Shown here piece by piece: positions 1 to 12,699 of a stretch of 64,000 nucleotides of DNA (within the stretch, counting starts at the first letter, position 1; each line of letters starts with the position of its first letter). This DNA comes from Raillietiella orientalis (lineage: Eukaryota), in contig JAYWIR010000028.1 of assembly GCA_036172245.1 (NCBI GenBank), positions 2,356,001 through 2,420,000 of the forward strand. Direction: 5' to 3'. A model generated the notes under the pieces. That model was not told where the DNA came from. It saw only the letters and a program-made list of their open reading frames with translations, and did not search any database. The position numbers and the translations under genes are program-made.

Positions 1-2940
1 GACACAAAGAGCGTTCGTCGAAGTTTTCTGACATCTTGGAGTGCAGTAAAGGACGAAGCAACAAGTTGCAGAGTACATTGCAGGTACTGTTCAAAATGAA
101 ATGGTGAGGAAATGGACTGTAGCTGAAATTTTCGATAGCTCGGTGCTCAAGGTTTCTCGGTCGAAAGTTGGGTTTTCGCAGTTGGATTTTTTTCCCTTTG
201 CTGTTTTTGCTTTTTTTTCGGGTGTTAAGCAGGTCTATCCAAATGTGAGAGCTGGAAGTTGATAATGGCAATCTCAAGAACCAAATCTCATTTGATGCGG
301 TCACTACACGCTAGTGTATACTCTGATCGTGCAATTGGAAGCTCTAATGGTCGCGTTCCAAGAGCTGAGAGACGATATTTGGCATATACGTTCTGCATAC
401 GAGTCCACAACCTTGGCTACCAATCTGCAAGGTTTCTATTCCTATTCTTTTGCGTGCAAAGTGGAAGAATGTACTGATAATCGTGATTGAGAAAACCGTC
501 GACCGTTGCGCATACTTCCCAGAATCACTCATTCTCCGGAAAATGCTCACTGGGAACGACACGCCAAAGTCATTGAACAAGCTTTTCCTATAATCGAAAA
601 TGGTGTAATGTGGAGCTCATTGCGTCCGAACATCTAGCCCTTTGATAAACACAGTTCCAAGTGTTTCCGCCAGATGTCAAGGGTATAATCAACATTGAGG
701 TGGTGTCTGGCAGTGAGGCCAGCAGCAACCTCCTGGTCGGTTCCTGAATGTCTGGCTCCAGGACAGCGACATCGCTAACGCACACGCCCCATAGTCATTC
801 CCTCGGAAAAACCGCCCTCTGGATACGCGAAATGAATTACCCGGGGTGCACGGAGTGAAAAGGAATGGCTTGGTAAGTTCGAGGTGGGTTACCTCCTCTT
901 GTAGCATTTTCTTGTGCGATTTACTTGCACGGCACTACACCTATCTTCCTCGGATACAGACTCCCCGGAACTTTTGTTTTCTATTCCAGAATTATAGATG
1001 TCAGCTGTGGAGTGGCGTGGCATCTCTTCTGATAGGAACTCTTATGGGCTTTCCTCTACGAGGATTCAAACTGTTGATAGAACGTTTGATTAGACAAAGG
1101 TTGTGAACATGTAGGGCATGGCAACGTGGTAACGTGGCAAGCGATGTTCATTCAATTATCAAGTCCTCTTCTTTGATAATCTTTGAATCTGAAATCTAAA
1201 ATTTCTTGACCTTGGGGTGAACTCACTCACGGCTCTTTCTGCTCGTTCCTCCATGCTAAATTCGAGTTGAAATCTCCAATGAAGCACAGCGTACTCGCAA
1301 GCCCTCCATCCATCTTCAGCTTCTCAATGGCTATTATCGCTTCACCACAGCTCCGCTTCACTACAGCTTACTCAAAACGACCATGAAACGCTCATTGGCC
1401 ATTCATCACCCACCCGCTAGCATCGATCCTCATGCTGAGGACAGGATGCTTGCGAGTGGGAGACTTTGGTGAATCGATTTCTGCGGCTTTCCGACATGCC
1501 TGCTCACTTCCTCGAGATTCAATCCTCGATGCAGCTGAATTGCAGCTGCGTCGAGAATTGCAACTCACTCCTTCTGTTAGACGAAAAGGTGAATCTTGCC
1601 ACTTGTGGAGTGATCCGAATTTCTAAGCAGATTGGCATCGATCGGTCCCTATGCCTATTTCGCCAGGTTCTTATACGGCAAGAGGACAGGCTTATAAGAC
1701 ACTTATGGCCAGTTAGTGATACTCGCTGACCGTAAGTATCATATAAGTCCCATCTCTTGCCGAGGACAAGTGAGTCGACCGACAGGTGCATCACTTCTTT
1801 TTGTTTCACAACCCTTCAGTTCGTTCGTGATTGCAGTAGAAGTCTTCCCGGTGGTGCGTTTCGCTGGCCAGATGCTTGCAATCAATCCAACCGTTGCCAC
1901 GCAACGCGTGCATTGCAATGACCAGTCGCAATAATTTAGCGTTGCATCATACGTCCATCAGGGCCTGCTTCCTTCTCGTGACGTCCCCTTCTCGTCCCTC
2001 TTCTAGGAAAACAGCACAGGCCTCCCATTTCCGTTTCACCTTTCATGATAAAAGAAAATGGCGTGTTTGTTTTGATGCCGCGATCTCCGACCACGCCTGA
2101 ATACACAAGGCAACCATACAAAAGACCCACCATGAATAACCTCACGGAACTCTGTTCAAGTGTAAAAAAGCAATGGTCATGTGCGAAGCGCCATAATACA
2201 CGGAGGTGTGTTAAAAAAAAGCAGAAACAAAAAAAGTTGCCGTCCGCACCCCAGGAGCCATTCAACGCACAAAGGCGAGATTAGCGTACAAGGTCCAGCC
2301 AGTCTTCGTTATATAGCACGCCGTGCACCGTCCCCCTGAACCACAAAGTAAACAGGAGGTAACGGTAGCGAATAAGACCCTCTATAGGGAACGTTTCACA
2401 GGAACATCAAGCTTTCCCCTGCTGCAATGAATGGGTTTTTATAATCCTTGCTACCGCAGGGGTGCCTGAAATTGGCACTGGAAATAAGAGGGATGCTGTT
2501 GTTGACCCAGCTTCCATCGTGCATCCCATTGCACGATGGAAACCAAGCCTCACAAGTCCTCCGGGTCCTCTCCTTCAGCTCGCTCACGCACAAAGTTTTG
2601 TGCTTCATGAAGATGCCTTTAATAGGATGGTGTTTTACCTTAGACCAACGTCCTATTAGGAAGTCATCATGTCATTAGGATGAAATCAGCATCCATCATA
2701 GCAGACGTTCACGTATGCATGTTCATGTATGATGATGGTGATGGCTGTGGTCATGGTTTCTCTCAGCTTGTGATTGCTCCAAATGCTATGCAATCCTATT
2801 GCTTATATACTATTGCTTCCATGCAATCAATAGGAGACATGGGTGAGTTGGAGTGGACGATTGTATTTACTATAACACAAAATTGCAGTAGATTGAAATC
2901 CCTCACGAGCACTGTACAAAGAGTACTCTATGAAGAGACT

Positions 2941-3223
2941 AGAAGCCTTTCCTAGAAATCAATACACATTCAATGTTACATTACAATCCATCTACTTTTT
3001 CTGATATTCTCCTAGACGTCCAGTCTTCTAGATGTCATACATGGTCAATATTCATGGTCCAGTTGTGCAAAAAGATGATGTACAAAAAGGTTACCTCAAG
3101 TCAAAAGATTCTGCAATCCTTAGAAGACAAGAGGTAAACTTTTTGTACACCAGCAGTCTGCCTATTTTTGTCCTTCCGTGTGAGCTCGAAGAACTGCCTG
3201 ATTACGGAGACTTATAGGATATA
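2941..3223. repeat. Local direct duplication of about 300 bp, copy 1 (partner 4312-4625); possible hAT BED-finger relic on minus strand
   Basis: Shared blocks ctagacgtccagtcttctagatgtcatacatggtcaatatt and tatttttgtccttccgtgtgagctcgaag. Confidence 0.9.
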
Positions 3224-3999
3224 TAAGGTACAGAGTTTCAGTAACTTGTTTTCACGATGCACCATGATGCATGTCCTCCACCTGAGGATTCCATCAGTTT
3301 CAGAAATCCGCGATTAACTTAGGAAAATCACAGATCACCGGGCGTCTGGCGAGCAGCCTCATTTCGGCGCATTTTCTTCCCCAATGCATCTCACCCATCT
3401 CACCCAATCTCACCATTCGCACTCACACAATACTCAGCACAGATTTTTTTTTAGCCAGGTGCATGCGATCTAACCATTCGCAAATTGGACTCGAGAAGGC
3501 AGCAAAAATATCGAACCTTGTCAGCACATCCACAGACTTTGACCATACATCTCCTCGTCGCAACCAATCCGCGAGCCACTTTTTTGCGAGATGAACCACG
3601 TCTTTTCTTATCTCGGGCATCAAAGGATACCTACTTGACGAGTACGTAGGTGCTCGACAACGGGTAGCAGAATTTATGAGATTGTGGTTCGAAAACATCC
3701 GCACCTCCGTAATTGCTTGCTCTAAGAAATGCTGGAGGTATAAAAAAAAAAAAAGTAGCGGACGCGAGCCACGCAATTTCTTTCTCCATTTCATCTCTTT
3801 TTGAGCTGCTTGTCTTCCTTCTTTTTTTTTTTGTGTTGTTTGCGGATCTCGGGAACTTTTTTTCCGTGAACTCCCACCACCACAGCACTTCCTTTCATTT
3901 GGTCTTAGCGGGGAAGTCTTTCGTTACGGAAACTCCTTGCCCTTGCGGCTGTCTTCCTATGAAAACTCTTTTGGAAACGTTCTTGTAAAAAGTACAACC

Positions 4000-4625
4000 A
4001 TCTTCGCCAGAGAATTAAAAATTCAGAGAGGACATCACGATTTCTCGTCTTCCCACACGATGGGCAGCATTAGCGGATGTTCGCTCTGATACCAGTATTC
4101 CTCTATGGGGCGGGGACGCTTGAAATATGAATGGGGAAAGTAACAATTATTTCATCTGATGGAGATGTTCCCGAAGCAGATCGTTCTGCTTTCAGAGCAG
4201 CAGAGTCTCTTCTGGAGGATCCAGAGCCATGAACCAGCAGATTTGGAAATTCATTTTGACTGCGAAGAAACAGCAGCCATAAGGACCGACATAATCTGCC
4301 GATCTGAGATTAGAAGCCTTTTCCAGAAATCAAGGTATACAAGCATTGTCCAGGATGAATGCCAATGTGCATCAGGAAAGAAATTAACGAGAACATTACA
4401 CATTCAATGTACTGTGCGATGTTCTCGTCCATCTACTTTTCCTGATATTCTTCTAGACGTCCAGTCTTCTAGATGTCATACATGGTCAATATTTTCAGGG
4501 TCAAGTTGTGGAAGAAGATTACCTGGAGTCAAAGGACAAGAGTTTACCAGGAGTCAAAGTCTGCTTATTTTTGTCCTTCCGTGTGAGCTCGAAGGACTGC
4601 CTGATTACGGAGATTCATAGGATAT
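4000..4625 (-). mobile_element. Internally deleted hAT-like transposase relic (contains duplication copy 2)
   Basis: SVIRQSFELTRKDK (BED-like start), then PIEEYW and SERTS...KTRNR (dimerisation-domain-like). Confidence 0.4.
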
Positions 4626-6239
4626 CTGTCTGTAGCATAGCAGCGTTGCCGATTCAACCAAAGAGTTGATCTCATGATCAACTCTTTGGAAATGCTCCGT
4701 AGACTTTCTACTCACTGCTCATGGAATTTCAACGATGGAAAAGAAATTTGAAACCCATGCGGGAGATTTTCCTTTTCTTCCTTCATGCAAACGCTCTACA
4801 TGATGTGAATTAGAATGTAATTCCCAAGTAGCTATCCAGGCAGGTTTTTTTCTTTTTGGAAAATTTGTATAGATGTGTGAAAAGAAGTCATCACACGTCT
4901 ATGCCCCAGAGACGATAAATTACTCAAACTGCTCTTTTTCTTCGTGGACACGTTCAGCCTTTACAGCTAACAAACAACCGAATTCAAAGGAAATACGAAG
5001 ACTTACTAAAATAAAGAATACCATACTGCACATAACTGAGTATCCTAAGAAAATGTGTGAGTAGACCTGTCAAATGTAAATAAATGAAATAAGTGCGCTT
5101 ACTGCTCTTTGTGCATTTCTGTACTTTCTGTACAAATAAGTCCTTCTTATCGCACGAAGATACCTCAGCTTGTGGAAGGGAAAGCAATCCAGTGGAAGAA
5201 AGCATCTCAAAGCATAGATCCCATGGATTCTGATCCAAGAATGAACCCAAATTGATTCATCAATTTGGGTTCATTCAGACTCGAGGCACCATTCTCCTAC
5301 TCTTCTAGCTCCCGTGTCGCTCTTTTCGACATTCCCTGCCTTTAAATGTCTTACGTATTCTCTTTAGTATCCATACCCATCTAATTGGAATTGGGTAGAT
5401 GGTAACATCTAATCAATACGGCATATCAATTGGGTACATGGAATGAAAGCAGCCATTGTAGACATCGTCTAATTACTGATACACCATAATTTTAATCTCA
5501 AGAGAGACCAACCTCCAAATGGTTGCATACTGCATGAAGGTGCAGTACGCAACCATTTGGAGCTTTGCCATGCTCACCCATGGATATGCATGAAAGCCGC
5601 TCATACCCTGGGCTGAGCGTGCTGACCATTTTTACTCTTTCCTCCATCTTGGGCAAACGTGATAGGAGAGCAGAGAGAGATGGAGATGAAGCAGAACACT
5701 GCTAGGGAATCTGTAAACCCAAGACGGAATTTTTTTTTCCTATCGCTCTATGCAATCCAGTGCCCAGCAATTCCTTCTATCCTTGTGATAACCATTGCAT
5801 AATTACATCCAAGCACAATATGTGTTTTATAACCAGAAATTCACTATCCTGTGATTTAATATACGATACTCCAAGTGCTCGAATGAGTCAAGGGACATTC
5901 AGATGATTGATAACATCCTTATTAAAAGTTGATTTGTACGGTCGTGTTTGACCCCGAATCTCCTTATGACGTCACAAACCTCTCAAATGATTTATACATC
6001 GAGTGGCCAAGTCAGGAGGCGGAGATACTGCAAAAAAAAAAAAAAAAAAAAGCACATTGAAAAATATATTACAATTGAATTCTTATTTTACTTAACTTCA
6101 CTACGTTATTAATTACGGACTCATCAGTCTTTTTATATCAACGAATATACAGAGAAGGAACCACTCAACACTTTCGCTTCTGTGGGAGCGGACCCACTCC
6201 ACCAACACCGAGCTCCGGGTTGCTGAATGCGGGTCTCTC

Positions 6240-7790
6240 TATGACTTTATACTAACTGGAAAGCCCCCAAAGCAACATTTCCAGAAAGTTCGAAGGTCGG
6301 GCAGACTTGCAGCAGAGCGGTGGTTCGAGGGACGTACGAAACCCTCTAGGTCTGCCTCGAGTGGCTCAGGCCTGTGTTGGCCTCCTGGTCTGACAATTTC
6401 CGATAATCCTAAGGGGAAAAGGAACCAGGGAAGCACCCAACGAAAAATACAGAAAGAATTCCACTCCAGCGAAAATCCTTCACGTCCCTTCGCCCACTCT
6501 CTTTGCCCCTAGCCTGACCGCTTGAAATCTTCAAAATGCGCAGAGACGAACGATCAGGCACAGCATCAGACGGCATATCAGTTGGGTAAATGGAATGAAA
6601 GCGGTGATGGGACACATATCCAACATCAACGAGGGACACAGTGCAGAAGGAAAATCATGTGAGCGAAAGAGAAGTATGAGCCAGAGGGGAATGCGATGCG
6701 ATCAGAAATTCCGGAGAGGAGAGACCTGACCATCTTACAAGGGTCAGTCGATGCGCACTGGCAGGAAACGGAATGACCCATTCAGGCAGACACGAGCACA
6801 AGAGGTCATTCCCAGCACAGGTAATTCCACATGGAGGGGAACAAAACAAGCTTTCGCCTGGTTCCACGTGTAAGATGGCCAGTTTCCAAAGGATCGACCC
6901 TGATGCTTGCAAGAAGCCCCGCACGCCCTGGTCAACATCAGCCAGAGAGTAGGCAGACTGGAGCAAGGCAGCCGCCGCGCAGGGCAGGATGAAGAGACCC
7001 GAACGAACATCAGAACAGCTTGGTCGTGTCGCCCGAGGACTGGATATGATTAATGCACCGTGCACACAATGTAGCGAGTTGTAAAAGATGAAGAGCATCG
7101 AGAGAAGTGCACGGAACCAAAAGGAACGCTCGTAACAGGGACAGGTTGCAGACGGACTAGTTATTAGAGGAAAAATAGAGAAAAACCCAACGAGGAAACG
7201 GGAGACAAGGGACCTGCTGAGTCCGTTTGTAAATAAACATGATATTTCGGGAGCTGCGGAGCTTCCGTGTTGTGGCAGCTTCGGAAGCTGACCGATCCGG
7301 TTGATGAAGGTCTCGATGTCCTTGGAACAATGCCCTCCAGGATAATGTCAAGAGGGGAGCAGCCCATTTCCACGGATTTCAGCCCAACTCAAAGGCGGCA
7401 CCAGATCTACCTACGAGGAGCAGTTGGAGGTTCCTGGGGCCAGAAGACGCGACTTTCGGGATTTTCGCTGCAGGAAGCGGCCGAGCACATCTTGCACTCA
7501 CACGTCTAGAAAAGAATTGAACTGGGGATTTCTCGATTCTGGAAAACATCAAGGCAGGAAGGGTCTTCCCTTCTATCCTTACATCGCTCACGAAAGGAGA
7601 GCTCACGTAGATACAAATCGTAGGACTCCTCCTGAGCATCTGTTGAGGCTTCCTACAATGGCTGAAAGTCTGGAATCTGGAAGCAGAAAGTTTGGCAAAT
7701 ATCTTTGACATTGTCTCATGTTTGGGGAGATGCCCATGTACTGGAAGGTGACGGTGAAGAAACAATCTCACTTATAATCTCCCGAATTAT
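6240..7790 (-). mobile_element. Degenerate jockey/I-like LINE (EN end and RT relics)
   Basis: HLPV (SDHLPV-like), SFRSCHNTEAPQL, PRWVFLYFSS, SVPFGSV/LSMLFIFY in the expected order; many frameshifts. Confidence 0.5.
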
Positions 7791-7949
7791 CCACAGAGAC
7801 AGAAAGAGGGGCCTTCTCATCCCCCATTGCTCCATAGATTTCATTTATGTATTAAATAATATAAATGTAGATAAATACAAATGTAAATATAAATGTAAAT
7901 AAATGAAATGTAAAGGACTGAAGTAGGACCAACGATTTCCGGCCCAAAA

Positions 7950-10800
7950 TGGAAAGACCTCTTAAGAGACCGAACTAGGGAAGGTGTTGAAAAAGAGAAG
8001 AGGGAGGACCAATGAATTTACAAAAAAATGGGGAACGGGATGCACCGGTTCTGCTATTCCTAGAACGATTCCCATGGGTTTGCTTCGGGAAGGGAAGGAA
8101 TAGGGGTGGGGCATCCCCTGTTTACTTATTGGCTGCGGGAGTGTCTGCCTACAACCGTCCGAAGGCGACCCCACTGTGCCTCACATCCAAGATCGGGCCA
8201 CTCTGCTGCCCTTCGCATGCAGGCGATGGCTATCGCAAGTGGTTCACCGAGATGAAGCCTGCCTCATCTTGAAGATCGCTGCTGCGGGAAGTCGCCAGAG
8301 ACCAGGCGGCCGACGAGCCCAGGGAGGCGGGCCTGCGCGCGAAAGAGTCCTCCAGGGAAGCAAAGCGCCTATGCAACGCGCTTCCACCCCGGATGCAGCC
8401 TCCGGAGCACTCCAGCAGCACGCGCGGAATGGCCGCCGCTATCCCGCTGCAGGTGCGCTCCTCAGTCACACCCTTCTTCCGTCGTTCCTCGTTTCGAGGA
8501 TGAACCCGATGCGCCACCAGCAAGATGTTGGCGTGTCTGCTGCAAAGAGGCTGAAGCGTCAACAATTCCGAGATGAGGTTTTCGCAGAAAATGCCAAGAA
8601 ACTCGATTCATCCTTGCAGGGCCCGATCCAGAGCTCTTGGCGCTGCTCTGTTAGCTGACTGAGACCAGTGTGCGATGGACTTACTGATCCCCAATCTCCG
8701 GCAGTTTGGAGACAGGTTGCCTCTTACTCTTTGTGAGTGTCCACCTCTTCCTCATCCCATCTACGCAGGACAAGAGAAAGAGTTACCAAGTGGAGACCTG
8801 TTTTGATCAGAAGATTTCCAGAGTGGTTCACTAACAACGAATTTACTGCTCCCAGTAGAGAAGGGATTCATTCTGTGCTACAGAGCTGTAGAGCAGAGTT
8901 TTATTTTGCCAGTCTGTCTCGACGATTTTAGAAGATTCTCACAGTAGCGATGTATTGCTTTCATAAACTGAGCGAATGCTACTGGGAAGGCCGCACGAAA
9001 ACTGCACGGTCCTTGCGAGAAATTGGATCAGGAGAAATCTTGAGAACACACGTCAAGGACCTGTACGCAGGCGCATACACATTCGTGCATGCAAAATGAC
9101 AAGTCAGCAGGACATTCACATTTATCGGGGAGTGAAGTAGAAATGCTTCTTAGATCCCTGCTGCTTAACGTGGCCGCTGAACCCATTCTGCGTGAGATAG
9201 CAGAGCCGTTAGGAGGAATCCCATGCTAATGTGGGCGGACGATCTGGTTGCGATAGCTGGGCCGGAGGACTTTGCAAGCGCCTTCACCTGCCTCAAGACT
9301 CGCGCCGAATAGCAGGGCTGTCGATAAATCCCAACAAATGAGCGTCATTACACTCTGGAGCCAAGAAAGAAAGAGAGTGAGGAGACCAACTTTCAAGATC
9401 GGCGAAAGTGACCTCCTCCCAATATTGGACTTCAGAGAAGGATATGAGTGCCTAGGGAGGCCATTTGGCCCCAGCTTATTTCCATCAGTGTCCAACAAAC
9501 AATAGATTCTCGGAAAAACTGCTGCAGAAATGGGGTACGGATTGTTCCCATGACATCGGTTGGACTGCATGAGAGCTTTGTTCCTTTTTGGCCTGATGCA
9601 CTACCAGCGGCTGGAAATCTTCAAAGAGAATTGGACACTTAGCAACAATAACATCAGGCAGCCTTTAAAGAAGTCTACCAAATAGGAAAACCAATGAGTA
9701 CTTGCATCCAGACAAATCAACAGAGACGTCTCGGATAACTAATCTATACGAAGAAGCAGATAACGTCCCTGCTGGCGGTTGTTTCAAACCGTTACCCGCT
9801 CCAGGTCTGGCATCGTAAAATCATCCCGTAGGACGTTGAGCCAAATACATGGTGGAAAACCAGCTCCAGGCACTGCCCCCGAAGAAGGAACATCTGGAGG
9901 ATTTTGCACCCGGAGTGATCGACGGAAAGAGAAATAGGTCCAGAGGCGACATCGGAAGCCATGGACGCGCCCATGCGAATCGCAGTAGGCAAAGCGAGCG
10001 TTTGAGCGGATCTAAGTACCCAGCATCACATCCAAGGACCTGACGTTGGGTGCGCACGTGAGAGCGGAAACCACCTCAGACCCAGTTCAATGCCAGGCCG
10101 CATGCACATCCCTCTTCACTGAACATTCGGACCGAGGAAAGACAGCGAGGCGGCGGCATCGGGCCTCGGGGCATTTCCTATCCAGCGGAGGACAGCTTCG
10201 GTCTGCAGATTGCCGCTTTATCCACGCAACCTCTTTCCTTCCTGTTCTGGCACTGCCCACCAGGGACGGCTGTGGCCACTCGTGCAGAGGATGCGAAAGA
10301 TTGGAGGATCCTCAACGCATTCGTTGGCAGACTGACCACGATCGCGAAGAGGCTCGAAGAGGTGATGACCCCGATCAAGAAGGTTAGCCTGAGACTTAGG
10401 GAGTAGATGATCTCCGGCTCTGCCAGGCTATCCCAAAAACCCAGACTCGGAGCACGGACCTACGGGAAGGGAAAGGGGCGTCGTTGGCCCTATGGATATT
10501 AGGCAGCGGCCTGAAGGAGGCGTAGAGGAAGAAGGAAAACCAAAGTAAAGAAGCAGCCCTGTGACTCGCCTCAGACGGAGTTCCCTCCATCCCAAGAGCA
10601 ATCCGGGTGCGATCTAGGTGTGCTGCCGCAGAAAGCATTTCCGGAATGGGTACTACCAGGAACAACGGATGGTTCACTTCTAGTAACTAAAGAGCCTCCG
10701 AAAATCACAAGAGACGTCTGCGGGAAGGCACAGGAGGAGGAAAAGATGGGTGCGGCCCACCTTCATCTGCTTGCAGCCCCTTTTCGGCATCATTGTGATG
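7950..10800 (+). mobile_element. Degenerate RLE-type non-LTR retrotransposon, NeSL/Utopia-like
   Basis: Collinear decayed motifs: DPQSPAVWRQVA, LLLNVAAEPILR, LMWADDLV, YECLG, SGHFLSSGGQLRSADCRFIH, CRGC, LNAFVGRL. Boundaries approximate. Confidence 0.6.
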
Positions 10801-11589
10801 GATATTAAACTTTGAATGAATGAATTTGATTTGTATGATCACATGTGATCCCGAATTTCCATGGAATGTCATGAACCTTGCAAATGATTTATACACAGGG
10901 CATCACGGGCAGGAGACGAAGATGCAGCAAAAAAGTGGAAATGAAAAAAAAAAAAAACGCGCTCATAAGATAGAATGTTTTACTTTTGTAGCAATTTATT
11001 AATCGAGAAATCATCAGTCGTTATCACGATGACGAACACAATGGGAGCGTTTGAGAATTCTGAACTCATTGATGAACATCTCTGCTCCCAACTTCGATAG
11101 GGAAATCAGTGGTGACGCGAGTAGTTGATCAAGGATCAGGAAAGAGTGCGACTACGAAGAGAAGCAGCAGTGGTGCGAAAACGAGAGAAAAAGCTGCACT
11201 GACAAATGCTCAACGAGGTCTCCCATCTCGATCCGAAGGACGCCGAGTTGCGAGGTAACGGGGATGAGATCGTGGACAACCCTTCGGTCCGCCGACCAAT
11301 GGAACGAGAAGGAAGAGAAACTAAGAGCCGTAAGAAGTGAAGGAGAGCAGGGATGAAGAGTTGGGTGCGCAAAGAGATGCGGATCCAGGTGAGCAATGCA
11401 CGAGATGCAAGGCACTAGCGCGCTTGCAGCGTCCGCACCCTCTCGAAACAGATGGTCCGGTCCTGCGCACTTGAAGTCACTCCTGAACGGAGGGGGTGCC
11501 AGAAGCAGAACGCTGCGCGTACCCGTGCAAAGAGGTTGACTTTGCACAAATTTGCAGCCTCTGTGTGTGGTGAGTTGACATCCGGCTGC

Positions 11590-12340
11590 ACCGAGGCGTT
11601 TATTTCTATAAAATAAACATACATGTCAGTGGCAGGACTCTTGGCCCTGCCACGTTGCAAATTTAAAAGGAACCTGCCGAGGACCGATGCGCAGGCCGGC
11701 GAGGTTCGCCTCGGCAACAGAGAGAGGGAGAGGGAGACAAACAAAAAGGAAAAATAAAACAAAAAAATAGATACAAAAAGATTGGGAGGATTTGGAAAAG
11801 GATTACTGGTCGCTGGAGGATGTCCTCTGCATCCTTTGCAGGAAGCCGGCAAGTTCGTTTCAAGATTCCCAGATGAGGCCATCCTGACGCTATCCTCAAA
11901 AACAGAATCGCAAAATAGATGGCGTTCCTATGGTCCTGGCCTCCTTCGGCGTTGCTCCATGCAGCTGTGATCCCGTGTAGATAGCAAAGCGCTGCTAGGG
12001 ATGCGGTAGGCGTGAGGACTTCGCGCAGGAAGAGGAGTTTCAAAGAGTCTCCCGGGCTGCCCTGGTAAATCCGCAGGAATGGGGAAAAGCGTTTTTACAG
12101 AGGAAGGAGGGCAACACAATCCATGAGCAGTCTTTCTCCTCACTGCTGCAGTTTGGGTTTACACTCCCTCTGTTCCAATGACGTCCGCAGGCGTTGCACG
12201 GGAGACCCCAATGCAACAGCAGATCGCCGACTCCCGCCACTTTATGGGGAGAGTTGCACTGTGTGTGGTGAGCGAACATACTCAATCTTCAGAAGCGCAG
12301 ACATTCAGAGGCCACCTACCAGGCACTCAGAGAGCAGCGA
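11590..12340 (-). mobile_element. Tx1/L1-like LINE, copy C (3' end)
   Basis: LLLHWGLPCN; 3' UTR aligns with copy B (aaaataaacatacatgt, cgcaggccggcgaggttcgcctcggca, gtcctctgcatccttt). Confidence 0.85.
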
Positions 12341-12699
12341 TTAGCGATTCGAGGACAACGAGCATCTGCGAGCATGTAGTCCATCCAAGTCCCTCATCGG
12401 ATTGGAGGAAGAGCTTAGGTCAAGCGTTGAAGATGCGACCTGTACCAAGAGCAAAGGATTAAAGTCCTACTGTGCGCTCGAGCGTCTGGACAAGGGGTGT
12501 AGAAGGCAGAGGTGGGAAATGGGAATGTCAAAGGTCTACTGGTCACTCCGAATGATATCCACGTCTCCACAAGCTACTCAAGAAGATGGCGCATTAAGCG
12601 ATCCGTGAGGCTGGAGGAGAATCTGTGCTGCCGCTGTTGTCTATGTGATAGTCCGCATCAAACGCATCAGCAGCAGCGTTGCAGGAGCCATGAACTCCC

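Noticed and set aside
6100..6135. Hammerhead ribozyme (CTGATGAGTCC on minus strand)
   Set aside because: No matching GGAC-GAAA half follows; other CTGATGA hits also lack the core.
10801..10811. U2 snRNA fragment at the end of the NeSL/Utopia-like element
   Set aside because: Only an 11-nt antisense match (GATATTAAACT); too short to support.
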